DNA of 64,000 bases from Phoronis australis (taxonomy: Eukaryota; Animalia; Phoronida), in NCBI GenBank assembly GCA_002633005.1, contig NMRA01000002.1, positions 2,135,756 to 2,199,755 on the forward strand. Reading direction: 5' to 3'. A model generated the notes under the pieces. That model was given only the letters and a program-made list of their open reading frames with translations. It did not search any database and was not told the origin of the DNA. Positions within the stretch are counted from its first letter, which is position 1; each line of letters opens with the position of its first letter. Below, in pieces: positions 10,900 to 23,288 of the stretch. Both the position numbers and the translations under genes were made by a program.

Positions 10900-13800
10900 A
10901 TGAATTTTGACGAAATTCTTCAAAGTTTGGGGACATTTGGCCGTTATCAAATGCGCATTTACTTTTTGCTCTGCCTGCCGACGATTCCGACTCCAATGCA
11001 CACGTTAGCACCTGTTTTTATTGCCTTCACGCCGAAGTACAGGTAAGCAGTTACGTCTTTACCATAAGTTGTGCGGTCCACTCACAAGTGCGATAGTCTT
11101 TGACTACCTCAATGCCTTATTACCAGCGCCAAGAAATCCTGTCTGAAAAATATTCCATTTGTAAAAATACTGTAGGTTAAATTTCAAAGGAGCGAATTCT
11201 TTTTGAATTAAAGTCACCGTAGGTTACATTCCGTGCCCATTTTAATAATGCAATAGTTGTTGATGAGTGTTTACAGCTAAGTTATTTTGCGAACCAGTTC
11301 CCTACATGGGAAGCGTTTGCTCAGAATGTTTACGCTAAGAAACCAGTATGTAGCAACGCAATATAAATAAACTTCTTGCAACTTTTTGTGACATTTTTGT
11401 TGTGTTTTTTCGGAGGTAAGTTTTTATTGATCAAATTTATCGTAATGTCAAATATGCGGTAACAATGGATATGGCAATGTATGTTGAAAAGCGCATAAAA
11501 CTTTCATCTAAGTTTGATTATCTTTTGTCAAGATGACTCTGTTAAAATATTCACATCTCAAATCAGCAACTTGGATTAATAGAGGCAAGATCATTGAAGA
11601 GATAAAAAATCATCGCTGAAGGATAGCTTTAACTCGTGAATTCACCGAGTAAGTATAGTCGTAGCTGTACTTTACCATGCCAGGCAATCCAAATTTTACT
11701 CAGTCCGTTTTACTCGAAACTTGAAAAAAATTCTCATTCTGAGCAAAATTTTGGAGACCACCAAAATGCACTCAGCCAAAAGAACTCAAAATCTTTAATA
11801 ATCATCAAGCTTTCGAGTAGTACTCATCCAAACCATACCCCCATGTAATTCTTTAGCTCAGCTCAAATCTGACACGCATATAGGGATGAAAATGCGACAA
11901 AATTTGAATCAAATTACTCTGGTGATTCTGACTTTATTTTAAGACGTTGAAATAGGATAATTTCCTAGTGATAGATTATATACTCTTAGGTTACCGCACT
12001 CCGAATGCCAATCACATAAATAAAAATAGTTACTGAAAAAGCGTATGCAGTGTGAGAGCCCTGTCACTAAGCTCGTTCTCGGAACGCGCGAGACTTCATA
12101 ACTCCCATTCTTTACTCCAATTCAAGAGGTACATATAGGCCTACTGTATCTCTTTCGTTGTCATCGATATGGAGATTTTGCATCAGTCTTGCCCACGCGG
12201 TACCAGAATTCTCCCACAGGAGAAGTTGGCAGGGACGTCTCACAAACTCGGGTCAATCCAATCCTCTCAGATATCGTTTCGGTTAAGTAATTTGTATACA
12301 CATTGCAGTCTTGAACGTGTAACTTGTCCGCGGTATGGTAATTTGGCTTTGCTTCCACCATGACGGGAGGAGGTATTTCGCATTCATTTACTTCTTATAC
12401 AATTTTACATCACTTGATATTGTCTCAACAAATTCACGTTTTCATATTACTCGGACAATTTGTTGGTGTATTTTAACGTGCCTATCTTTTCTACAGCGTG
12501 GTGTTACCTTAATTCAGTAGCGCTCCATGGTACGGCGTTCCTCCCACTTAGACGAGGTGAAAAAATTTTGTCGCACTTCCCACAGAAATTTATTTAGCTA
12601 CCGCAATAAAATTTGGGAGAAAGTTCGTCTGACGTTGCTGTCTGTTTGCTGACGGGAGTTGCGGCAACGGCGCTTCAGTATCGTCTTTTTGTTCAGGGAA
12701 CATAAATCGTATTGGTGTCTAGCCCGGTGCTAGTGTTATTGTTATTACGTGTAGTTGCAATATCACCATGCGTTCCATGTTGTGAAGTTTCGGGGTTACA
12801 TTAGTATTTTCCTTTGCCAATATCTTTATTATTCCACAGGTGCGCCATTCCGGGATATGACGGCGACACGTACGACGCCATCAATCAGACGCACGAGCTC
12901 TACATTAAAGCCTTCATACCGGACGACGACTTTTGTCACGTGTACACTGGCGTTAACATGACTTCACCATCGTGGGACTTGCTTAAGTTGAATGGAACAA
13001 CATGGGAGGAGCTAAACATTACAATGAAGAAAGTAGAATGCTCAGCTTGGGTTTACGACAGGTCGACTTTCCAGGAAACTATAATAACACAGGTACTTTA
13101 AAGTACCTTTGATGCTTAGATCTATCCAGCATCGATACCATCGACCATCAGTACCACACCTGTCACCACCAGCATGAATACTACTAACATGCATCACCAC
13201 CTTCGTTGTCATCAACATAATTATCACCACCACCCTTGCCACTACCATTGTTAACGTCATCGTAATCGCCACCATCTCAATCATTGTCACCTTCATCCTC
13301 TTAATTGTGACCATCGACTGCACCACTAACTGCTGCATCACCAGTCGTCACACAACCAAAACTATCCGGATTACCACCACGAGCATTTCCACATTCTTCG
13401 TCGTCATCACCATCGATGGTGTAGATGCCTCATGCCATATTCTTCATCATCATCGTTATTGCCATGTTCACTATCATCGCTATAATCATCATTAGTATAG
13501 TCATCAACATCATCTTCATCATCGTCTTTGCCGTTGTCGTCGTCATCTTATTTTCACCAACATTAAGATCATCATCGCCATGAATCATGAGTCATCGCTC
13601 TCATCCTTTTGCATTCATCATCTTTACCGTCAGCACCGACATCGTTGCACAATGGTTGTTACTAAACTTATACCGATTTCTAATTTGCAATAACTCTGAT
13701 CCGTGAAATCTGCAGCTGCTCATAAGCAAACATTCTTTTCGTGTTTCAGTATAATCTTGTTTGTAAAGATGCTCCTTTAGCAACTTACGCCACGGTGATA

Positions 13801-14779
13801 TTCATGGGAGGCCTCTTAGTTGGTGCATTTGGATTTGGAATATTATCCGACGCGTAAGTACGGAGCCACACAGACATCATGCTACTGTAAGTGGCATTGA
13901 TGTTTTGACAAAGTATTGCCGTAACCGTTACGTCATCAGTGGCAGTGTACGTGAGTGCTTAATGAAGCCCATGCGAAAGTAAGAGTTTTTGGAGGATGCA
14001 ACACATTTCTCCTGATCGCTACTATTTTCGCCTCCAACCCACCTGGACGGCACAAATCTCATAGCTTGAGGTTGTTAACAATTTCAAATACTTCCCACCC
14101 CGCACCCTCCAAATTAAAAAATGTCCATTTCTCTCTTAAGAGTGTTTGAAATACTCTCCTTTTATCTTTCCTTTCCTTCAATCGCTTTTCTATTTCCAAA
14201 TGAGCATTAGAACTTGAACCTTAGCACACTGCAGGTTTGGCTGTTGACGCTGCAAATTTCTGGGGATACGTGGCACGGGCGGCCCAGCACTGAAAAATGT
14301 GGGGGCCATAGCCCCCTGTGGTGCACCTCGCATTGACCATGGACGGGGCAGCACTGTAAAACGTGGGAGCTATAGCCCCCAAGCTCCCTATGGTGCGCCG
14401 CCCATGAATGGCCATATTTACTGTGATATATGAGAGCATTTATTGCTAAACCAAACATACACATAATTGTAATAATTATAACTCAGATTCAGAAACATTT
14501 AGAAGACAAAATAGCCAGAACAAATTTCAGTAAGAAAACCCAAGTACAAAGGCACAAAAATATAACAAACATACCTTTATGAGCGTCAATAATATCGCAA
14601 CTCGTTGAAAACATTGTTCTACATTCATGTCAGAAGGTCAAGTGAGGAAAAGAGCACGAGCACCAACAGCGATGGATGCGCAGGTGGAGGCGGCAGAAGC
14701 AGCAGCAATAGCAGCAGCAGCAGCAGCAGCGGCAGCAGCGGCAGCAGCGGCATCAGCAGCAGCAGCGCAGTAGCAGCAG

Positions 14780-14826
<47 letters not shown>

Positions 14827-16330
14827 ACCACAGCCTCATAACAAGGACTCCATATTTTCATTACGTGTTTAAACTAACGTATATCATTAGATTGTCGCTT
14901 TATACTTCGTTTCAATAATCCTTTAGTACCGTCCAAGTAAACGTCCCGACGTTTGTTTAGGATTGGCCGTAAGACGACGCTGCTTATTGCAATCTTCCTT
15001 CAAGGAGCTTCAGGTGTAGGCTGTGCATTCTCGCCAAATTACATTGTATTCGTCATCCTTCGCTTCTTGATTGGTGCATCGAACTCTGGAATTTTCATGA
15101 CTGCATTCGTCGTGGGTAAGTTGGATATTCAGAATGGTTTAAACAATAACGAGAACTAAATGCTGAGGATGACGATGCAAAGATGGAATGACTTCCACGA
15201 GGGCACGATAACGATAACGTTGACAATGATACATGTACAGTAATAATTACTAAGAGGATGAACAATAAAAACTGTCTGCATCGCCGGCCTAACGGTAAAT
15301 GTTGAGGCAGATATGTGATTCGTCTGCAATGAAAGACATCTTGCAAGTACTTCCTCAGCAAACGACTGAAGCTTATTCGGTAGAAGTCAACGTGACATAC
15401 ATGTGTGAGAAAAAAGAATAAAAAAGGGTAACAAGCCTATCAGTTTGTGTGAAGAACCCGTATTTTTTAGTTCCACTTACATACTGTTTTAGAGATGGAA
15501 TAGTTTGCCTTAACCGTTCACGTAAACACGTCCTACTTCGGTTTTCCCTGTTTACCGTTTCCTACACGACACTGTCTGACATGACGTTCGGCTTAGGCGA
15601 ATGGAAAAAATAAGCTCATAGTATCCGCTATACAGCAGTTGTATAATTTATCGGTGTATCGTAAGCTGGTCAAAGCGTGTATAGTCTTAGAAGCCCGCAC
15701 CTTGACCTGTAGCTATGCCCATTCCGGGAATGTCACCTATGGCAAATCTCTCTCACTGCCGGCACCGACGGTGTTGTTGGAAGGTTGCTGGTTCATAATC
15801 ATCCTCTGACATCACGTAGACTTGGAGACTTGGCAAAGTTTCATAGAGGCAAGAAGTCGCTAAAAAAGCTACTGATGTCGGAGGGTCCCCATGGAAAGCA
15901 ATGTGAACTGATGGGGCTACCCTCATTGTAAATACTACATTAATTCATAAATAAATGATAAATAAATACATGGCGATATCTCNTATTGCTAAACCAAACA
16001 TACACATAATTGTAATAATTATAACTCAGATTCAGAAACAATTAGAAGACAAAATAGCCAGAACAAATTTCAGTAAGAAAACCCAAGTACAAAGGCACAA
16101 AAATATAACAAAATACCTCTATGAGCGTCAATAATATCGCAACTCGTTGAAAACATTGTTCTACATTCATGTCAGAAGGTCAAGTGACGAAAAGAGCACG
16201 AGCACCAACAGCGATGGATGCGCAGGTGGAGGCGGCAGAAGCAGCAGCAATAGCAGCAGCAGCAGCAGCGGCAGCAGCGGCAGCAGCGGCAGCAGCAGCA
16301 GCATCAGCAGCAGCAGCGCAGTAGCAGCAG

Positions 16331-16392
<62 letters not shown>

Positions 16393-19300
16393 ACCACAGC
16401 CTCATAACAAGGACTCCATATTTTCATTACGTGTTTAAACTAACGTATATCATTAGATTGTCGCTTTATACTTCGTTTCAATAATCCTTTCGTACCGTCC
16501 AAGTAAACGTCCCGACGTTTGTTTAGGATTGGCCGTAAGACGACGCTGCTTATTGCAATCTTCCTTCAAGGAGCTTCAGGTGTGGGCTGTGCATTCTCGC
16601 CAAATTACATTGTATTCGTCATCCTTCGCTTCTTGATTGGTGCATCGAACTCTGGAATTTTCATGACTGCATTCGTCGTGGGTAAGTTGGATATTCAGAA
16701 TGGTTTAAACAATAACAGAACTAAATGCTGAGGATGACGATGCAAAGATGGAATGACTTCCACGAGTGCACGATAACGATAACGTTGACAATGATACATG
16801 TACAGTAATAATTACTAAGAGGATGAACAATAAAAACTGTCTGCATCGCCGGCCTAACGGTAAATGTTGAGGCAGATATGTGATTCGTCTGCAATGAAAG
16901 ACATCTTGCAAGTACTTCTTCAGCAAACGACTGAAGCTTATTCGGTAGAAGTCAACGTGACATACATGTTTGAGAAAAAAGAATAAAAAAGGTAACAAGC
17001 CTATCAGTTTGTGTGAAGAACCCGTATTTTTTAGTTCCACTTACATACTGTTTTAGAGATGGAATAGTTTGCCTTAACCGTTCACGTAAACACGTCCTAC
17101 TTCGGTTTTCCCTGTTTACCGTTTCCTACACGACACTGTCTGACATGACGTTCGACTTAGGCGAATGGAAAAAATAAGCTCATAGTATCCGCTATACAGC
17201 AGTTGTATAATTTATCGGTGTATCGTAAGCTGGTCAAAGCGTGTATAGTCTTAGAAGCCCGCACCTTGACCTGTAGCTATGCCCATTCCGGGAATGTCAC
17301 CTGTGGCAAATCTCTCGCACTGCCGGCACCGACGGTGTTGTTGGAAGGTTGCTGGTTCATAATCATCCTCTGACATCACGTAGACTTGGAGACTTGGCAA
17401 AGTTTCATAGAGGCAAGAAGTCGCTAAAAAAGCTACTGATGTCTGAGGGCCCCCATGGAAAGCAATGTGAACTGATGGGGCTACCCTCATTGTAAATACT
17501 ACATTAATTCATAAATAAATGATAAATAAATACATGGCGATATCTCCCGAAGTGGTGTGTGCTCTTTTGTTTCGTGAGATTCTGACCTCTAGACAAGTCA
17601 TGTCTGGATTAAGTCTGGACTGAATTCTGTGCATGTAAGAATTTCGTGAAGGAAGCTAATTTAATTACGTGCTTCGCTTTTGATACATGGCGATATTTCG
17701 TGAAGTCGTGTGTGTTCTTGCGTTTTTTGCAAGGTTCTCGTGTCCACTGAAGGCACGCCTGTGTAATCTTCCGTTTTCGCGAACATCTGGGGTATACGGA
17801 CAGCAAGCCTGGCAAGTGAGTTGGTGAGATTTAACTTCAGCCTGATCGGATAGGGCGTGCCTCCAGAATCTTTCGCACATAACATTGGCTAAAGGTCTAT
17901 GTACTCATATCATTGCTGTTTTGTCAAATCTAAACTCCAACGAAAGTTTTCGCACGTCCATAGCTTTCAGATGCCAGCAATAGGTGGCAAATAGCTCCAC
18001 GGTCACAGACAAACACGTCGAAACTGTAACCCAGCAGTTTTGCAACGGCAACGTTTCGGACACATTAAAATACTACCATTCAGTGCGTTTCATATTAATG
18101 AGTGGTGATGACATTTTAAGGTAGTAAAATGTCACAACCTAGAAGCTGTTTTGTTTTTCCAAATCTCCTGCTTTATTGAAGATAATATCAAAATCAAACA
18201 AAGGCAGGAATGTGTATTTTTCGTAAGATTACTGTCGTTTCTACTCTCCATTTTACTTTCAGGTATGGAGCTAGTGGACCCATCAATGCGTCTCTTTGCT
18301 GGGATAGCAATGGAGTTCTTTTATGGCTGTGGTTTACTTGTTTTAACTGGTCTTGGCTACCTTCTGAGAGAGTGGACTTGGCTTCAACTCTCATATTCTG
18401 CTCCATCATTTCTGTTTCTCTGTTATGTACGGTATGTGTCCACAAACCACCTTTCTTCTTAGTTCTTACTTAATAAACTTCTTCGCTCAAGTTAACTTTG
18501 TTGATTCTAAAAAAATATCGACATCTGATTGGCTACGAGTTTTAGTATGTAAATAAAAGTATCATTGTAACTACTAACGGAAGTCTTAAATCAAACCCTT
18601 CTTAAATTAATAACCAAAGTTCCAAAAACTCATTTTCTTCAACAAAGTTAATTACGATATCTAAGAAGTCGTTTTGTCTTATCAGTTACGACGCTTAATT
18701 AATATGAATTTGAGTACTTTTTGAAAATAAGAACAATATTACGGCCATCAAACGGTAGAGTCTTGGATTAAGTTTAAGTGTGTTTCTGATGATATTAAAG
18801 CTTTATTCCCGAGTCAGCGCGTTGGCTCCTAGCACAAGGTCGCCAAGAAGAAGCCGAGGAAATAATACGCCGCGCAGCCAAGGTAAGCACTTTTCTGAGA
18901 AACACATGCTACATGTAAATATTGCGAACCCAGAAAGCCACTTTTTGTAAACACCATATCTTTATTGTACCTGCACACACAATGGTTGATTGTATTTTTT
19001 CTGTGGCAAGACCAACAAGTGGATCTCACACTACAGTATCAATGTTTTGTGAATCACAAGCGTTCAGCAGCTTATGGTGGGCTTAACTGGTAGTTGAACT
19101 TTAGGTCAAGGTTTAGTTCTCTGATGCCGAAAGTTCCACATGCTTCTTAGACACGTTTCCTCCGACCTTCATGGACATAGAGTCTAATTTATGTACGGAA
19201 CTTTTCGTATAAAGAATTACTCTCTTGTTCCTCGGATGCATGACGTAGGTTACATATCCCACTGTGTCTCCAAGATTTCCAATGTGTACTTGTATTTGTC

Positions 19301-22300
19301 AAAAGCAATTGACTTGTCAATTTCTATTTCTTTTGTTCCGTAGATTGCCTTCTTAAGTGTAGTATTACAATTTGGCAATGTCTCTAATTATATCAACCGT
19401 ATGCGATGCGATTCTTTTACTATTGTCTCAGGAAAATCGTGTGACACTCCCTGAGAAAATTTTCGATGAAGAGCCAGCTGCAGAGACCAATCCCAGTCCG
19501 TCTATGGGTCTTGTACAAAGTATTAAAGAGCTCATTCGTGCACCTAAGCTGCTTATACGCAGTCTTGTTGTCTTTTTCAATTGGTGAGTTTGAACACGAC
19601 AATGTTAGTCACGTGGTCAGTTTGTGAAGAAAAAGAGTGAAGCAGCCTACCGGAAGTCACGTTACCAAAACCTGATGCTAGCAGGGGATGCACGAAAGCT
19701 TCAGAGCACCTGCTATCAAAAATGATTTAAAGCAAAGAAGGCCAGTTTCAAAGACCAGTTTTCGTTATTTACGCAAGTTTCACAAATACGAAGTACCTAT
19801 TGTTTCTAGTTGAGACACTGCTGATTAAAATCACTGCGAAGAGGGAATCCATGAAATAACTACGGGAATGCACAGACAGGCTGGCTAAATTTTGTTATGT
19901 TATTTTGCAGTGATTTTACCAAATTTGAAGTTAAGTTTGTATGAATGCATAGACAAGAAATTTGCGTTATTGTTTCGAACATCAAGCGAGTTTATGGTTA
20001 TATCGATAATAACCACCAGAGGAACTCAAGTGTCCCTTGGCTAAGCCTATACCTGCAGAGATTCGATCAACACGAGATAATAGTCAATTCAGTGCCAAAG
20101 TCAATACGCATGAAAAAAGTAACTAACTCTTTACTATTTCAGGATGGTGGTTACTATGGTATACTACGGGTTATCTCTGAATAGCGGTAACTTGGGAGGA
20201 GATGTGTTTGTCAACTTCATGTTGTCTGGACTCGTCGAATTCCCCGCTTATGCTTTCTGCTTCGCCTGTAAATGGCTGGGCAGAAAATATCCACATGCCG
20301 GCAGTATGGTGCTAGGAGGTCTTGCATGTATCAGCACAATTTTCGTTGTTCTTTATTTTGATTGTGAGTAAAAGTTACTTTCATTTAGGTACTTTTTTCG
20401 CAATCACTTGGCTTATGTAGCGTAGGTGCAGTTAGAGAGGAGTAACTTAGATATGGTGGCCACAAGCATAACCAGGACATGCACGAATGTGACAATCCTG
20501 GTTATTGCGTTTCTTGACACAATAAGTTGAAAGACAAAACGGTCCACATTGATCATTGTGTAAAAACTGTGCTCCCTAGAGTTCTTTTATTTCCCCTGCG
20601 TGTCCAACTATTACTTGGTAATTGTGGAAAATTGAAGTTGTATTTTTTAGCAAACAACGACTGGTTGATTGCCCTCTCAATGACTGGGAAATTTGGCACC
20701 ACCGTGGGATTTTCCATTCTTTACTTCTGGTCTGCCGAGATCTTCCCTACGATTTGTAGGAATGGTTTGATGGGACTGAGCTCTACAGTCGCCCGTGTCG
20801 GTGCTATGGCATGCGCTCCAATTGCGGACTTGGTGGGTACGGGCAAAATTTCGAAATATTCCTGTTGACTTGAGCTGGGCAATTGTTTGATCTTGAATAT
20901 CTCGTTCAACGGGGTTATAGATGAACTCGGTGCTATTATTTGTTTATATGGGTCCATTTTCATGAAAGTGACTTAAGACTTAATACTTAAGACAGAAAAA
21001 TGGTTTAAACGCTCCCGGCCCAATCACAATTGTTTGCAAAAGGTTAAACTGAGTAACAATAAGAGCATCAAAGTCTAGAAATAGTTCACAGACGTTGTCT
21101 CAGTAATTGGTGTTGATGTGTATATAGTTCAGGGACCTTGCACTTTTTCTCAATTCAGATACGATTATATGTTTCCGAAAAAGTTATCAGGAGCTTAAGA
21201 CCGAATTTATGACTAAGCCTTAAGAGACCTTTCATGAAAAAGACCTCTGGAATCCAATGAGGATCCTAGTCCAAAGCAACCAAGCGATGAGGCTTAATGA
21301 GTGTGGGTGACGTTACGCATTGATGACACATGTGCTAAGATTTGCTTCTTAAAAGACAAGCTTGCAGGTCGGACGTATTGTAGCATGTACGTAGAACACA
21401 CAACAGATGGGGTATAATGAAGCTAAAAGTAGCCTTACAGTCGGCGACATCATGGCCTAGATACTCAATACTACAGTCTAGGTTGGCACATCCTTATCAC
21501 TACTGCACGATGAAAGTTTTTATGCAAATTACACTTAACCCAAAGTCACGTTTCTAAATGTACTTTTCGAGTGTAGATGGGCAACATTGGAGGCAGTCAG
21601 AGTCTAAGTCCCTCCATCTCGAACAAGTAATCCCACAATCACCATTTTTCCAAATAATCCTTCGTTCTGCCTCCGAAATCCTATACGGAGACAGTTTTTG
21701 GATCGCTCTTAATTCTCGTACCAGAAACGCCACTTGGCATTTTTCAACGATTTCGTTGACGATTGAAGACACGTATGGGAAATAAGTCTTCAATATCAAA
21801 ATCCTTGTTGGGGTTGGAGGATTTCAAGAACGTTGGCGGCTTCCAAATGTGTCATTCGATGCTCAAAAGATACTTACAACAACGTGACTTAGATTGTTTA
21901 GCCAATGTGTGGCATAAATTGATGAAATCTTCCCGCGTACAGGGTTCCTATGGAATCTATGTTTGAGCTCCGCTCAAGCACGGTAGCACTGTCTAAACTA
22001 CTTGTTGTTCTCCCCGAGTGTGGGAATTATGTCAACGCCTACTCCACTAGGCTATCTTAAGAAATTTAAGAGCATTCATGTACAAGCTTACAAAGCTGGG
22101 AATATCTTCAAGTATACCTTTAGTAGTCTATAAAAAGCGTGTGTCTGTATTTCCCTTGTGGCTTAATAACATAAGATAACCAAAAGATTGCAACCATGAC
22201 AGGGTAAAAGTTTTGGAGGACAATTCGGCGTGGCTTTGCCGCAGATTGTGTTTGGAGGACTCACTATCATCGCCGGACTTTTGTCCCTCATTCTGCCAGA

Positions 22301-23288
22301 AACAACGGGAAGGGAGTTGCCTGAAAGTATAGAAGACAGCAATAACTTTGGCAGGTAGGCTCTTTTTCTTGTATTATTCTATTTGGGGCGCAATTGTCAA
22401 GGTAGCACCGGCCGCCAATTAGTAGTCCTGGCCCGTCATTGGTTGTTTGAACCAAAAAAAAAATAAACGTAATGAATGGCGATTTCTCGAGACGTCCTGC
22501 GTTTTCTCGATTGTATTACTCCAACGGAACGGGTAAATGTTAGTCGCCGGAAACAGCATACATTGGATGCACTTGAACTGACTGCCGGTTCCGCTGGGTC
22601 AACCACCGAGCATATATAGTTGGTCTGTAACCCGGAAGTTGTCTTCGAGAACCAATCCAATGTCTTTGCCTTTTGTCCCGGCCAAACCGGCGAAGTTAAA
22701 CAAGTGAGGCACTGATACCACCTTCAGATATGGGATATAAAAAATATAGATAGAAGGTATGATCTGAGAACGCAGGTGCAGATGCTTAAAGTTGATGATC
22801 ACAATGTGTCCCACAAGCCATCGTCCACGCAATTGGCATTGCATTAAAGTACAAAAAGCTTGTTATTCGTACAACAACCACGGACATGCATACTCTAACC
22901 ATAACTGACGTCATTGACATGTTGGGTATGATTTTAAGGAGACTGATCTGCCTTCTGGTTTGGAGAAGCACAATAAGTAACCAGATCAGACGTTTGGCGG
23001 TTCACGTGTGAAATAGTTTACAGCCAGTGGATCATACGTCCAATGTCTTCTAACAGGATGTCATAGGAACTCTGTATAACCATGAACTGCAAAAGAGGCA
23101 TCATAGCCTTCATGTTTTTTGTGTTTTTTATTTGCACTGCCATTCTGTGTAGGTCTGACAAGGAGAAAGAAAAGCGACCGGATACTGACCTGTACTTGGT
23201 GCCGAGTTACAAGAAACGTGATGCAGAAGAAATAGCGTACAGTAATCCTGCATTGGACAAAGCAGTTGAAGCTGAAGACCGGTTGTAG
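10900..23288 (+). CDS. SLC22-family (MFS) organic cation/carnitine transporter-like, paralog A
   Basis: Coding exons: 10900-11042, 12840-13092, 13750-13853, 14961-15115 (duplicated at 16527-16681), 18263-18431 (5b), 18801-18882, 19432-19583, 20143-20363, 20651-20832, 22203-22354, 23153-23288 (TAG). Motifs: [51 protein letters not shown]. The 104/155/169-nt exon run matches the exon sizes I recall for SLC22 genes. Confidence 0.92.
13130..13660. repeat. Degenerate (CAT/CAC/CGT)n low-complexity tract in intron 2 of gene A
   Basis: Trinucleotide-rich tract. A paralogous tract sits at the same position in gene B (42960-43270). Confidence 0.75.
14690..14826. repeat. (GCA)n microsatellite (second copy at about 16232-16390)
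   Basis: Long imperfect CAG/GCA run in intron 3 of gene A. Its length differs between the two duplicated copies. Confidence 0.95.
15493..15660 (+). pseudogene. Dead exon 5a of SLC22 gene A (first copy)
   Basis: 168-nt AG/GT-bounded segment alignable to intact exon 5a of genes B and C, but reading ATG GAA TAG (stop) with further lesions. Confidence 0.8.
17057..17224 (+). pseudogene. Dead exon 5a of SLC22 gene A (copy in the duplicated block)
   Basis: Same sequence as 15493-15660. It keeps the TTTTAG acceptor and GTAAGC donor, and the premature TAG. Confidence 0.8.
18263..18431 (+). CDS. SLC22 gene A exon 5b (intact, 169 nt)
   Basis: [57 protein letters not shown]; bounded by TTTCAG and GTATGT; phase 1 to 2. 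Confidence 0.9.
20951..21247. mobile_element. MITE (~300 bp) in intron 9 of gene A
   Basis: Imperfect TIRs GGGTCCATTTTCATGAAAG / CTTTCATGAAAAGACCTC and internal CTTAAG repeats. Related fragments lie at 2650-2904 and about 41145-41450. Confidence 0.65.

Larger units (their letters stand above)
14441..17546 (+). repeat. Near-identical direct duplication (14441-15982 / 15984-17546) separated by one N; probable haplotype-overlap assembly artefact
   Basis: Both copies start TATTGCTAAACCAAAC and end GGCGATATCTC. The only N I saw in the window (15983) lies exactly at the junction. Differences are scattered SNPs, small indels and microsatellite length. Confidence 0.9.

Noticed and set aside
13042-13495. 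His/Thr/Met/Val-rich ORFs (also 42948-43395)
   Set aside because: Low-complexity trinucleotide intron tracts lack stop codons by composition.
14605-16427. Poly-Ser/Ala and poly-Leu/Ala ORFs on both strands
   Set aside because: They are translations of the intronic (GCA)n microsatellite.
16527-16681. Second exon 4 as another mutually exclusive exon
   Set aside because: It encodes an identical peptide, lies in the N-joined duplication, and has no counterpart in gene B. Treated as an artefact.
21554-21966. Coding-like antisense stretch in intron 9 of gene A, partly shared with gene B (about 50085-50200)
   Set aside because: No motif I can recognise, and there are stops in the most protein-like frame. 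It may be an old transposon fragment, but a blastx would be needed.
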